Assembly: GCA_977020255.1 (NCBI GenBank)
Contig: CDROCS010006370.1
Location: forward strand, 1-64,000
DNA: 64,000 nt
Direction: 5' to 3'
Origin: Obrimoposthia wandeli
Lineage: Eukaryota
Positions 44,166 to 56,490 of the stretch are shown here, piece by piece (position 1 is the stretch's first letter; each line of letters starts with the position of its first letter). Under the pieces are notes generated by a model. It was not told where the DNA came from, did not search any database, and worked only from the letters and a program-made list of their open reading frames with translations. A program made the position numbers and the translations under genes.

Positions 44166-44769
44166 GTCCATAATGAAAATTTATGATAAAGTTCACTCTT
44201 AACAATTAAGAAATGTGGTTTTTAACACACACATACACTATTTTATGTGAAATTTATGATAAAGTTCACTCTTATCAATTAAGAAATGCGGTTTTTTAAC
44301 ACACACATACACTATTTTATGTGAAATTTAAACTAAAGTTCACTCTTATAAGTTAATGAATGTATTACGTAATCACACACATACTATTTTATGTGAAATT
44401 TAGATCAAAGTTTTTCCTAGGCTTTCACATTTATAGAATTATGATAAAATTTCTTTAAATAACTTCAATTATATATTAAAATAAAAAATAAAATAAGAAA
44501 GAAGTCAGAGAATAATACAAAATTAAACACATTTATTATGTTATTACATAATATCATCTTCAAACTTAAGTGAATAACATTTACAAAGTAAGAAAGTCCA
44601 TTCTTTATACATTCTTTTCGTTTCAACGACTAAGTTACAACGGAATTAATAGAAAATTAGTAAAAATATTAATTTATTTGAATATTTGAATGAGAGTTTG
44701 AATAAATGAGAGGTAGAATGAATGTAAATGAATAAAATTATGCATGCAAGTATGAATGTCATTTACAAG

Positions 44770-46140
44770 TAAGAGTCTTAGCAAGTGAATGTAATTTTTA
44801 AAATAAGAGTGTCGATAGTTTGATTGAATGCAAGTGTAATTTAGACTATAAGTAAATTAAAATAGAGTTTTTGTTGAATAAATTATAGTTAGATTGAATG
44901 CAAGTATGACGAGCAAGTGATTGATAGTATGAATTTCAATACAAGTAAGTGGGTTTAGCAAGTGAATGTAATTTTAAAAATAAGAGTGTCGATAGTTTGA
45001 TTGAATGCAAGTGTAATTTAGACTATAAGTAAATTAAAATAGAGTTTTTGTTGAATAAATTATAGTTAGATTGAATGCAAGTATGACGAGCAAGTGATTG
45101 ATAGTTTGAATTTTCAATACAAGTAAGTGGGTTTAGCAAGTGAATGTAATTTTAAAAAATAAGAGTGTCAATAGTTTGATTGAATGCAAGTGTAATTTAG
45201 ACTATAAGTAAATTAAAATAGAGTTTTTGTTGAATAAATTATAGTTAGATTGAATGCAAGTATGACGAGCAAGTGATTGATAGTATGAATTTCAATACAA
45301 GTAAGTGGGTTTAGCAAGTGAATGTAATTTTAAAAATAAGAGTGTCGATAGTTTGATTGAATGCAAGTGTAATTTAGACTATAAGTAAATTAAAATAGAG
45401 TTTTTGTTGAATAAATTATAGTTAGATTGAATGCAAGTATGACGAGCAAGTGATTGATAGTTTGAATTTTCAATACAAGTAAGTGGGTTTAGCAAGTGAA
45501 TGTAATTTTAAAAAATAAGAGTGTCGATAGTTTGATTGAATGCAAGTGTAATTTAGACTATAAGTAAATTAAAATAGAGTTTTTTGTTGAATAAATTATA
45601 GTTAGATTGAATGCAAGTATGACGAGCAAGTGATTGATAGTTTGAATTTTCAATACAAGTAAGTGGGTTTAGCAAGTGAATGTAATTTTAAAAAATAAGA
45701 GTGTCGATAGTTTGATTGAATGCAAGTGTAATTTAGACTATAAGTAAATTAAAATAGAGTTTTTGTTGAATAAATTATAGTTAGATTGAATGCAAGTATG
45801 ACGATCAAGTGATTGATAGTTTGAATTTTCAATACAAGTAAGTGGGTTTAGCAAGTGAATGTAATTTTAAAAATAAGAGTGTCGATAGTTTGATTGAATG
45901 CAAGTGTAATTTAGACTATAAGTGAGTTTTTGTTGAATAAATTATAGTTAGATTGAATGCAAGTATGACGAGCAAGTGATTGATAGTTTGAATTTTCAAT
46001 ACAAGTAAGTGGGTTTAGCAAGTGAATGTAATTTTAAAAATAAGAGTGTCGATAGTTTGATTGAATGCAAGTGTAATTTAGACTATAAGTAAATTAAAAT
46101 AGAGTTTTTGTTGAATAAATTATAGTTAGATTGAATGCTA
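44770..46140 (+). repeat. ~178-bp tandem array, left arm (~8 units)
   Basis: Marker GGGTTTAGCAAG at 44951, 45129, 45307, 45485, 45665, 45844 and 46011. Confidence 0.95.
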
Positions 46141-48600
46141 TAGTTTACAATAAATTTATGCATATATTCACTTTAATATGTTGTAAGTTATTACTTTATT
46201 ATAATTTTCAACAAAAACTTCAAGTAGTTTACTTATTAAACATAAGTTTAATGTTTTGTACAATAAATTGACTTGTAAACATAATTTATTTTGGTATATT
46301 TTCAATTTAATATGTTGTAAGTTATTACTTTAATATAATTTACAACAAAAACTTCAAGTAATTTACTTATTAATCATAATTTTAATGATTTGATCAATAA
46401 ATTGACTTGTAAACATAATATAATTTGCATATTTTCAATTTAATATATTGTAAGTTAATACTGTAATATTTCATTACATAAAAAAGGAATTGATAGTTTA
46501 CTATCGTTTACAATAAATTTATGCATATATTCACTTTAATATGTTGTAAGTTATTACTTTATTATAATTTTCAACAAAACTTCAAGTAGTTTACTTATTA
46601 AACATAAGTTTAATGTTTTGTACAATAAATTGACTTGTAAACATAATTTATTTTGGTATATTTTCAATTTAATATGTTGTAATTTATTACTTTAATATAA
46701 TTTACAACAAAAACTTCAAGTAATTTACTTGTAAACTACAATATTTATTTGTTGTTGTATATATTCAGTTTAAAATGTTGTAAGTTAATACTTTAATATA
46801 ATTTACAACTAAATCTTCAAGTAATTTACTTATTAATCATAATTTTAATGATTTGATCAATAAATTGACTTGTAAACATAATATAATTTGCATATTTTCA
46901 ATTTAATATATTGTAAGTTAATACTGTAATATTTCATTACATAAAAAAGTAATTGATAGTTTACTATCGTTTACAATAAATTTATGCATATATTCACTTT
47001 AATATGTTGTAAGTTATTACTTTATTATAATTTTCAACAAAAACTTCAAGTAGTTTACTTATTAAACATAAGTTTAATGTTTTGTACAATAAATTGACTT
47101 GTAAACATAATTTATTTTGGTTAATTTTCAATTTAATATGTTGTAATTTATTACTTTAATATAATTTACAACAAAAACTTCAAGTAATTTACTTGTAAAC
47201 TACAATATTTATTTGTTGTTGTATATATTCAGTTTAAAATGTTGTAAGTTAATACTTTAATATAATTTACAACCAAATCTTCAAGTAATTTACTTATTAA
47301 TCATAATTTTAATGATTTGATCAATAAATTGACTTGTAAACATAATATAATTTGCATATTTTCAATTTAACACGTTGTAAGTTAATACTGTAATATTTCA
47401 TTACATAAAAAGTAATTCATAGTTTACTATCGTTTACAATAAATTTATGAATATATTCACTTTAATATGTTGTAAGTTATTACTTTATTATAATTTTCAA
47501 CAAAAACTTCAAGTAGTTTACTTATTAAACATAAGTTTAATGTTTTGTACAATAAATTGACTTGTAAACATAATTTATTTTGATATATTTTCAATTTAAT
47601 ATGTTGTAAGTTATTACTTTAATATAATTTACAACAAAAACTTCAAGTAATTTACTTGTAAACTACAATATTTATTTTGTTGTTGTATATATTCAGTTTA
47701 AAATGTTGTAAGTTAATACTTTAATATAATTTACAACCAAATCTTCAAGTAATTTACTTAATAATCATAATATTAATGATTTGATCAATAAATTGACTTG
47801 TAAACATAATATAATTTGCATATTTTCAATTTAACACGTTGTAAGTTATTACTATAATATTACATTACATAAAAAGTAATTGATAGTTTACTATCGTTTA
47901 CAATAAATTTATGCATATATTCACTTTAATATGTTGTAAGTTATTACTTTATTATAATTTTCAACAAAAACTTCAAGTAGTTTACTTATTAAACATAATA
48001 TTAATGATTTGATTAATAAATTGACTTGTAAACATAATATAATTGTATATATTTTCAATTTAACACGTTGTAAGTTATTACTATAATATCACATTACATA
48101 AAAAAGTAATTGATAGTTTACTATCGTTTACAATAAATTGACTTGTAAACATAATATATTTATGCATATATTCACTTTAATATGTTGTAAGTTATTACTT
48201 TATTATAATTTTCAACAAAAACTTCAAGTAGTTTACTTATTAATCATAAGTTTAATGTTTTGTACAATAAATTGACTTGTAAACATAATTTATTTTGGTA
48301 TATTTTCAATTTATATGTTGTAAGTTATTACTTTAATATAATTTACAACCAAAACTTCAAGAAATTTACTTAATAATCATAATTTTAATGATTTGATCAA
48401 TAAATTGACTTGTAAACATAATATAATTTGCATATTTTCAATTTAACACGTTGTAAGTTAATACTGTAATATTTCATTACATAAAAAGTAATTCATAGTT
48501 TACTGTCGTTTACTATAAATTTACTTGTAAACATAATATATTTATGCATTTATTCACTTTAATACGTTTTAAGTTATTAGAATTTGTGTTCTTGTATTCA
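46140..48600 (+). repeat. central AT-rich higher-order tandem array (~464-bp period built from ~100-130-bp subunits)
   Basis: Marker TTTATG(C/A)ATATATTCACTTTAAT recurs at about 46156, 46517, 46981, 47446, 47909, 48160 and 48541 (last copy diverged). Confidence 0.9.
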
Positions 48601-48629
48601 ATGATTAACTTTTATTAAACTATTATATA

Positions 48630-50280
48630 ACATTGACACTCTTATTTTTAAAATTACATTCACTTGCTAAACCCACTTACTTGTATTGAAATTCATACTA
48701 TCAATCACTTGCTCGTCATACTTGCATTCAATCTAACTATAATTTATTCAACAAAAACTCTATTTTAATTTACTTATAGTCTAAATTACACTTGCATTCA
48801 ATCAAACTATCGACACTCTTATTTTTAAAATTACATTCACTTGCTAAACCCACTTACTTGTATTGAAATTCATACTATCAATCACTTGCTCGTCATACTT
48901 GCATTCAATCTAACTATAATTTATTCAACAAAAACTCTATTTTAATTTACTTATAGTCTAAATTACACTTGCATTCAATCAAACTATCGACACTCTTATT
49001 TTTTAAAATTACATTCACTTGCTAAACCCACTTACTTGTATTGAAAATTCAAACTATCAATCACTTGCTCGTCATACTTGCATTCAATCTAACTATAATT
49101 TATTCAACAAAAACTCTATTTTAATTTACTTATAGTCTAAATTACACTTGCATTCAATCAAACTATCGACACTCTTATTTTTAAAATTACATTCACTTGC
49201 TAAACCCACTTACTTGTATTGAAAATTCAAACTATCAATCACTTGCTCGTCATACTTGCATTCAATCTAACTATAATTTATTCAACAAATACTCTATTTT
49301 AATTTACTTATAGTCTAAATTACACTTGCATTCAATCAAACTATCGACACTCTTATTTTTTAAAATTACATTCACTTGCTAAACCCACTTACTTGTATTG
49401 AAAATTCAAACTACCAATCACTTGCTCGTCATACTTGCATTCAATCTAACTATAATTTATTCAACAAAAACTCTATTTTAATTTACTTATAGTCTAAATT
49501 ACACTTGCATTCAATCAAACTATCGACACTCTTATTTTTAAAATTACATTCACTTGCTAAACCCACTTACTTGTATTGAAAATTCAAACTATCAATCACT
49601 TGCTCGTCATACTTGCATTCAATCTAACTATAATTTATTCAACAAAAACTCTATTTTAATTTACTTATAGTCTAAATTACACTTGCATTCAATCAAACTA
49701 TCGACACTCTTATTTTTAAAATTACATTCACTTGCTAAACCCACTTACTTGTATTGAAAATTCAAACTATCAATCACTTGCTCGTCATACTTGCATTCAA
49801 TCTAACTATAATTTATTCAACAAAAACTCTATTTTAATTTACTTATAGTCTAAATTACACTTGCATTCAATCAAACTATCGACACTCTTATTTTTAAAAT
49901 TACATTCACTTGCTAAACCCACTTACTTGTATTGAAATTCATACTATCAATCACTTGCTCGTCATACTTGCATTCAATCTAACTATAATTTATTCAACAA
50001 AAACTCTATTTTAATTTACTTATAGTCTAAATTACACTTGCATTCAATCAAACTATCGACACTCTTATTTTTAAAATTACATTCACTTGCTAAACCCACT
50101 TACTTGTATTGAAATTCATACTATCAATCACTTGCTCGTCATACTTGCATTCAATCTAACTATAATTTATTCAACAAAAACTCTATTTTAATTTACTTAT
50201 AGTCTAAATTACACTTGCATTCAATCAAACTATCGACACTCTTATTTTAAAAATTACATTCACTTGCTAAGACTCTTACT
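48630..50280 (-). repeat. ~178-bp tandem array, right arm, inverted (~10 units)
   Basis: Reverse-complement marker CTTGCTAAACCC recurs nine times from ~48665 to ~50095, plus a terminal variant. Confidence 0.95.
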
Positions 50281-53125
50281 TGTAAATGACATTCATACTT
50301 GCATGCATAATTTTATTCATTTACATTCATTCTACCTCTCATTTATTCAAACTCTCATTCAAATATTCAAATAAATTAATATTTTTACTAATTTTCTATT
50401 AATTCCGTTGTAACTTAGTCGTTGAAACGAAAAGAATGTATAAAGAATGGACTTTCTTACTTTGTAAATGTTATTCACTTAAGTTTGAAGATGATATTAT
50501 GTAATAACATAATAAATGTGTTTAATTTTGTATTATTCTCTGACTTCTTTCTTATTTTATTTTTTATTTTAATATATAATTGAAGTTATTTAAAGAAATT
50601 TTATCATAATTCTATAAATGTGAAAGCCTAGGAAAAACTTTGATCTAAATTTCACATAAAATAGTATGTGTGTGATTACGTAATACATTCATTAACTTAT
50701 AAGAGTGAACTTTAGTTTAAATTTCACATAAAATAGTGTATGTGTGTGTTAAAAAACCGCATTTCTTAATTGATAAGAGTGAACTTTATCATAAATTTCA
50801 CATAAAATAGTGTATGTGTGTGTTAAAAACAACATTTCTTAATTGTTAAGAGTGAACTTTATCATAAATTTTCATTATGGACTAGATCACAAAAAAGAAG
50901 GGTGGAGACTAAGCCACTTGATCCTTTGAATTAGTAGTTAGCCAAAAATAAGGGTGGAGACTAGACCACAAAAAGATGGGTGGAGACTAGATCACTAAAA
51001 GAAGGGTGGAGACTAGATCACTAAAAGATGGGTGGAGACTAAGCCAATTGACCCTTTCATAGTGGTATATCTCAAAAAGAAGGGTGGAGACTAAGCCACT
51101 TGACCCTTTCATAGTGGTATATCTCAAAAAGAAGGGTGGAGACTAAGCCACTTGACCCTTTAAACTATGGACGACCATAGTAGTATATCAAGGAAGGATG
51201 GAGTCTAAGCCACTTGACCCCTCTCCCCCTCCCCTAGGGTGTCACACCATACCTTGCCACACCATAAGGGTATTATGTTGCCTCACCAGAGGTGAGGCAA
51301 CATATACCCTTATGGTGTGGCAAGACACCTTTTATGGTGTGACATCCTTATGGAGTGACACCCTTTAGGGGGGGGGGGTAAAGTGGCTTAGACTCCATCC
51401 TTCCACCTACTCACGCCGCTGTCAGGTATCGCCCCGTAATGTGATTATAATCTCTGATTAGCCTAGATGGGACACCGAACAAATAACAAGCTGTACTAAA
51501 ATGAAAGTACTTAATTTTGTGCGACAGGGACCCTATTTAAATAAGTAATGTAACTTTCATTCGATACTCGAATAATCCTAGGTCATTTCATAAGTGTTTG
51601 CGGCGTTTGGAATCAGTGTTTCATCAACCGTAACAGCATCTCCATTTTCAACCCGATCAAATTCATTATCATTGAATAACTCCTCATTTGAGTTTGTAAC
51701 GATCAATTTTCTCCGGGTGAGACAGGGAATAAAAAACGTTTTGGTTATACATACCATATCAATATGATGTGAAAGAGAAGGTAATGAAGGTTTTTAGACT
51801 TTGTAAAACAAAACAAAAAACATATTTTTTGTATATACTGAATTTTTATAGAGCTGAATTTTCAAATGTATAGTGTTATAGTAAATGAGAGAACTGATAG
51901 ACTATCAGAAAGTCCAATAGAAATCCTTTGTGACTATTTCAGGAGCTATTAAATCCTAAATGGTAGACATGAAAGTGCAGTCACCTGCTCGTTTTCAATT
52001 TCGAAATTTACACATCCAATTTACACAATCTTCTAGTTTTAATTTACTTGCTTGACTTCTGTACCATCCACCGTCATTAGACTGCTCTTGAGTGGTTGAA
52101 AATTCAGTTTTTGTCTCAGTTTGTAAAAATTTTACACCTACACCGATATTTTACACATGCATAAATTTTCAATCCAGACTCAAATACAGTGTTTTATAGG
52201 ATAAAGGATTGCCTACCCCCTTACTTCAAAGAAATTATCAGCTCAGAAAATATAGAATGCTATAGAAAATAGAGTACTTTTTTAAACAAACATTTCCCAG
52301 TCTCTTTATATAGAAACCTTTTCAACAGTTGTCTATCTAAACGTTTTAGTGTTTAGGTAATATATAAAAGTATAATTATGTATATAATTATAAGCAGTAT
52401 TAAATGGGCAATGAAGTTTTCACATATGTTAAACAATAGCAGTTGTGTACAAAATCAAAACTACTCGTTTTAGTTTCAATTTTTTGGAAACAAAGTCATT
52501 TATACTGTTTGTTTTAAAACAACAACAAGTTATTTCTCATTGTTAGGGTCAGTTTATATTTTAAATGATTTGCCATATATTTAGAAACATAAGTGTTACA
52601 GAAATGATACAGCTACAACTTATCACTTGTAACTGAACGTCTTGAAATTAATTAAAATTAGTAAATTTAATTGGGAATCATAAACATGCTTATAAGGTGA
52701 CATAATTCATTTAAAATTTAAGATGTATATAAGTAGGTAGGCTGCTACTGTCCTTTAAAACTGTGCATGTGTATGGAGGGAAATTTCAGAGAAGGGGAGA
52801 ACCCCCCAATTTTTTATTTTATTTTGAATTTTATCGCTAATCTTAAAGGTGATTAGAGAAGACCACGGGAATCCATATTGACCCTGGCGGCCTATCGGAG
52901 ACGAGATTTCAAATAATATTTTATTTTTTATTTTTATAATTTATGTGAAAACATTACTACTATTTTTAAGAAAGATTTTAGATTAATAAATTACCACATG
53001 TTTGTTAAATATCTAGGTCAGTTTTATAATCTATGGTAGAAAAATAGGTTTAGATAAGATTTATATAATTTATAGGAGAGAAAAACAAAATACGAGTCAA
53101 AATTCGTTTCTAAACATTTATTAAA

Positions 53126-53434
53126 TCAAACATAAAACACCATATTGGCTTCACTCAAATTCCAAAGAGGCTGCAATTTCCTGTCATCAGCAAAATATCC
53201 ATTGAGACGTATTGAAATATTCCATAGTTCTTCATCTAAAATTGGAGCAATCACATATCCTAGATCATCTCTAAAAGCCAGACTGTGATCAGTTTCAAGC
53301 TGGAAAGAATTTCCTTCATATACATAATCAGGTATGTAAAATTCCAAAATATTTTTCAATTGATCAATATCAGATGTTGTTAAAATTTTAATGATATATT
53401 TATTCTCCACTTTTGATATTTTAACAGGATTCAT
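53126..53434 (-). CDS. Maverick accessory protein, paralog of 53688-53972 (possibly OB-fold/SSB-like)
   Basis: Intact 102-aa ORF; shares (A)F.DD.G and W...IRL.GY.....K..P.W motifs with its neighbour. Confidence 0.65.
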   Translation of the reverse strand: MNPVKISKVENKYIIKILTTSDIDQLKNILEFYIPDYVYEGNSFQLETDHSLAFRDDLGYVIAPILDEELWNISIRLNGYFADDRKLQPLWNLSEANMVFYV

Positions 53435-53687
53435 AACTCGTATAATTTGATGGCTCTTTAATATATTACATAGTTTTGCAATCCATTTGAATAATAAAAA
53501 TGTTCTACATATCTCAGAAGAGGATCCATTCTAAAATAAAGAAACTGATTAAAAAACAATGTTTATAAAAATGCATATAAGATACAAATATTATGAAAAT
53601 AAATAAAACTGATTATTACATGCCAAATGAAAGAAACATGGGAAAAATGAAAAAAAAGAATAAAACCGATGAAAGAAAAAGAAATAA

Positions 53688-53972
53688 TTAAAACATATAG
53701 ATATGAACACGTTCAATTTTCCACATAGGTAACTTTGTTCCAAATTCATTTTTCTTGTAACCATAAAGTCGAATTGTTACAGTCCATTGCTTCTTTTTAA
53801 GAAATGCATTAACATCTATTTTTCTTCCATAGTCATCTAGAAATGCTGCATCAGCTCCTCGGATATAAAATTCGTTCTTATTGAAAGTAAAATTTGGAAC
53901 TGCCTTTTCAACTCTCTGTTTTAGATATTGAAAATCTGGTTTTTGAATATTTGATAGATAATAGCTGAACAT
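53688..53972 (-). CDS. Maverick accessory protein, paralog of 53126-53434
   Basis: Intact 94-aa ORF containing AAFLDDYG...WTVTIRLYGYKKNEFGTKLPMWKIERVHI. Confidence 0.65.
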   Translation of the reverse strand: MFSYYLSNIQKPDFQYLKQRVEKAVPNFTFNKNEFYIRGADAAFLDDYGRKIDVNAFLKKKQWTVTIRLYGYKKNEFGTKLPMWKIERVHIYMF

Positions 53973-54163
53973 TCTTCTTTCACTTCTTTTACTAAAGCAA
54001 TCAGTTGAGCCATCTTCAAGAATCTAACTTTGTATTTGAAATATTGTTTCACTTCTTCATACATATCCTTATCCGATTCTTCAAACATTTCTAAATCTTC
54101 ATCACCGCATAATATCCGTTGGCTATCGTCCATCATTGATAATGGTCTTTGATATGAATGCAT
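53921..54163 (-). CDS. small unknown Maverick ORF with acidic N-terminus
   Basis: 80-aa ATG ORF overlapping the next ORF by 52 bp, consistent with compact viral packing. Confidence 0.4.
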   Translation of the reverse strand: MHSYQRPLSMMDDSQRILCGDEDLEMFEESDKDMYEEVKQYFKYKVRFLKMAQLIALVKEVKEECSAIIYQIFKNQIFNI

Positions 54164-54445
54164 TTATTATGATTTGTCCTCCAATGGTGCATTCTTTTAT
54201 ACTAATTTGTAACAAAGATATGAATCTCATTGGTTAATATTACTAAAGCATTGAATTTGATTGGACTAAATCCATATTAAAAATTGAAATTGGTTTGAAG
54301 AAATATATCATCCAATTATAATAGGTTTTCAAGATATTTACAAAAAATTTGCAATAATAAAGCAGTTTCATATATATATAAAAAAGAATTTACAGAAGAC
54401 AATTTTAGTCTATTAAAACTCGTAATTATAAATTACAAAGAATGA

Positions 54446-55218
54446 ATAGAAGATGATATTTCGTACTTACCATTCAATGATTAGAAGCCGAGTCGATATG
54501 TGAAAAAGTTTGATGATTTCACAGTTGTTATTTTTCCCTCAGGTTAGTTTTTTTTTTTTTTTAAATTTATTTACATGTTGATTTCTTTTAGGAAGTTGTC
54601 GTGTTATGGAATGCAAAACACTATTGAATGAGTTAAATTTACCATTTGGAATTCAAAACCATACAATCAATCAAAATTTCAGCTAATCTCGGGAAAGCAA
54701 TAAATCTTTATAAAATTGCAGTGAAAATGATAGAAGAATGCATATTTGAACCAGAAATTTTTCCTGCTCTCAGTTATTTGAAGTTTAAACCGCTATGTGT
54801 AAATATATTTTCCAGTGGTAAAGTCATGATATTGGGATTGAAAAATTTTGATTATGCAGACTTGGTTGATTCGATTTTAGAAAATATATTATATTACAGT
54901 TTGTTATCTTTCTATAAACAAACCCGTTTAAACCTATTGTTTCAAATGAATAATACTATAAAAAAAGACAATGAAGTGGATCGTCTTGTCAACGAATTTT
55001 TTTCTGGGAAAATTAAGGGTAAACAAATTTTATCAGAATTAAAAAATAATGATACAACAAAAGATAATATTGAAATATTGGTTAGATCACATGTTATTCA
55101 AGAATTTAGAAATCGAACACAAATAAATAAAATTATATCCAAATATTCATTAATTAATTTTTGTATTTCATATACAGTAGCTCTAACATTATACCTTTCA
55201 AAAAAGAAACTTCTATGA
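54446..55218 (+). pseudogene. TATA-binding-protein-like gene with a 49-nt intron, damaged
   Basis: Repeat 2 IQSIKISANLG.AINL...FEPEIFPALSY...VNIFSSGKVMILGLK aligns to TBP IQN.V.S.D.K..I.L...YEPELFPGLIY...LLIFVSGKVVLTGAK. Repeat 1 FTVVIFPS|GSCRVM is restored by removing GT..AG 54543-54591. One frameshift near 54650, and stops at 54443 and ~54480. Confidence 0.8.
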
Positions 55219-55254
55219 TAATATAAACAATGTCAAATTGAAAGAGTATATGTA

Positions 55255-55903
55255 ATGGAGCTTAATAATAATGCCGTATTTCAAATAGTTGGTCCCAGTG
55301 GAAGTGGAAAGACACATTTCGTATGTAAATTGTTGTAAAATGAATCTCTTTTCAATTCTAGTTTTAAAAATATTTATTGGCATCATGGTGAAGGAGAGGA
55401 AAGGGGATTAACCCAAGCAGAAGTCTGCAAGTTGAAGGGAATTAAATTTATTGAAGGATTTGATGTGAATTGGTCCGAAAGATTGAATAAAAGAAGATGT
55501 AATTATAATTAATGATTTGTATAAAGAAGCTAACAAGGAATTTGACTTTAATAATTTATTTTCAAAGATTGCAAGACATCGCGAAGTAACAGTTATATGT
55601 ATCACTCAAAATCGTTTTCCCCGAGGAGGTCATCATAGAACAAGAAATCTTAATGTACATTACTTAATTTTATTTAAAAATTCTATAGATCAAACAGTTG
55701 TACATGTTGTAGCCAGACAAGCATTTCACCAAAATAAGAACTTTCTAATTGATTCATTCGATGATGCTGCTAAACAAGCACATGGGTATATATTTATTGA
55801 CTTTACACAAGCTTGCCCAGATGATTTACGTGTTTTAACAAACATATTTAATTCAATGGAAGTAATTGTTTATAAACAAACAGAGAACAATTATAAAAAA
55901 TAA
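55255..55903 (+). pseudogene. packaging ATPase (A32/FtsK-like)
   Basis: Walker A VGPSGSGKT, Walker B-like VIIINDL, and ARHREVTVICITQN. One stop and one frameshift. Confidence 0.93.
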
Positions 55904-55910
55904 ATATGCA

Positions 55911-56057
55911 ATGCCTTTTAAAAAGTTGATAGTGAAACGTAAACGTAAAGTAAAGTCTAAGAAAACAAAAAAAAAATCATTCAGAAAAAAAGCAGTGAAT
56001 AAATTAATCAAGTTTGTAGTTCGGAGTAAAAGAAAACTTAAATGGCTTCAAATATAA
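55911..56057 (+). CDS. small Lys/Arg-rich protein, putative DNA-condensing core protein
   Basis: MPFKKLIVKRKRKVKSKKTKKKSFRKKAVNKLIKFVVRSKRKLKWLQI lies between virion genes. Confidence 0.45.
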   Translation: MPFKKLIVKRKRKVKSKKTKKKSFRKKAVNKLIKFVVRSKRKLKWLQI

Positions 56058-56085
56058 ACAAGATTTAAATTTAACTTTTTTTAAA

Positions 56086-56380
56086 ATGAAGAAAATACAA
56101 AGAAGCATACCCTACTTTAATGCTTTGATCAAAGCCTCTTCTCATAAGAGAATGAGTATTCTGAAAGCAGTTCCATATTTTATTGTATATGATTTATTGG
56201 AAGTTTTGTATAATATAGTTTTGGGTCGAGTAAAAATTGGAAAACGGAAAAATGTATTAAAGAAATATGGAAAAACTCTTCTAGATATTGCTAATGTAAA
56301 ATATAAAAAAAAGGAAACGAAATATTATTCTTATACATAATGGCGGTTTCATAGGAGCTGTTGTTTCATTTATCAGTAGA
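56086..56380 (+). pseudogene. conserved small Maverick protein ending in an NGGFIG motif
   Basis: KRMSILK...LLEVLYNIVLG..KI...LKKY; frameshifted tail HNGGFIGAVVSFI resembles the (Q/N)xGGF protease-site tail of Maverick small ORFs. Confidence 0.65.
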
Positions 56381-56490
56381 ATTATATTTGCGATACGTAC
56401 ATAAACAATTATTTTAAAAATCACCTAAAGATATGGTTGCTAACCCTTCTTTACCTAAATTTAAATGTTCTATTTATTCAAATTGTTGTA

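Larger units (their letters stand above)
43604..51411. mobile_element. 7.8-kb non-coding foldback element with AGTAGG...CCTACT termini and 6-bp TSD (Maverick-type ends)
   Basis: Perfect TSD CACGCC (43598-43603 and 51412-51417). Inverted arms ~43604-46140 and ~48630-51411. No ORF of 60 aa or more in the track. Confidence 0.93.

Noticed and set aside
43604-51411. Assembly or long-read foldback artefact
   Set aside because: A perfect 6-bp TSD, unequal repeat counts and arm-specific indels fit a real insertion better. Read-level confirmation is still advisable.
51579-52140. Exon-like open stretches on the minus strand between the foldback element and the Maverick
   Set aside because: Could not join them in a consistent phase, and no recognisable domain.
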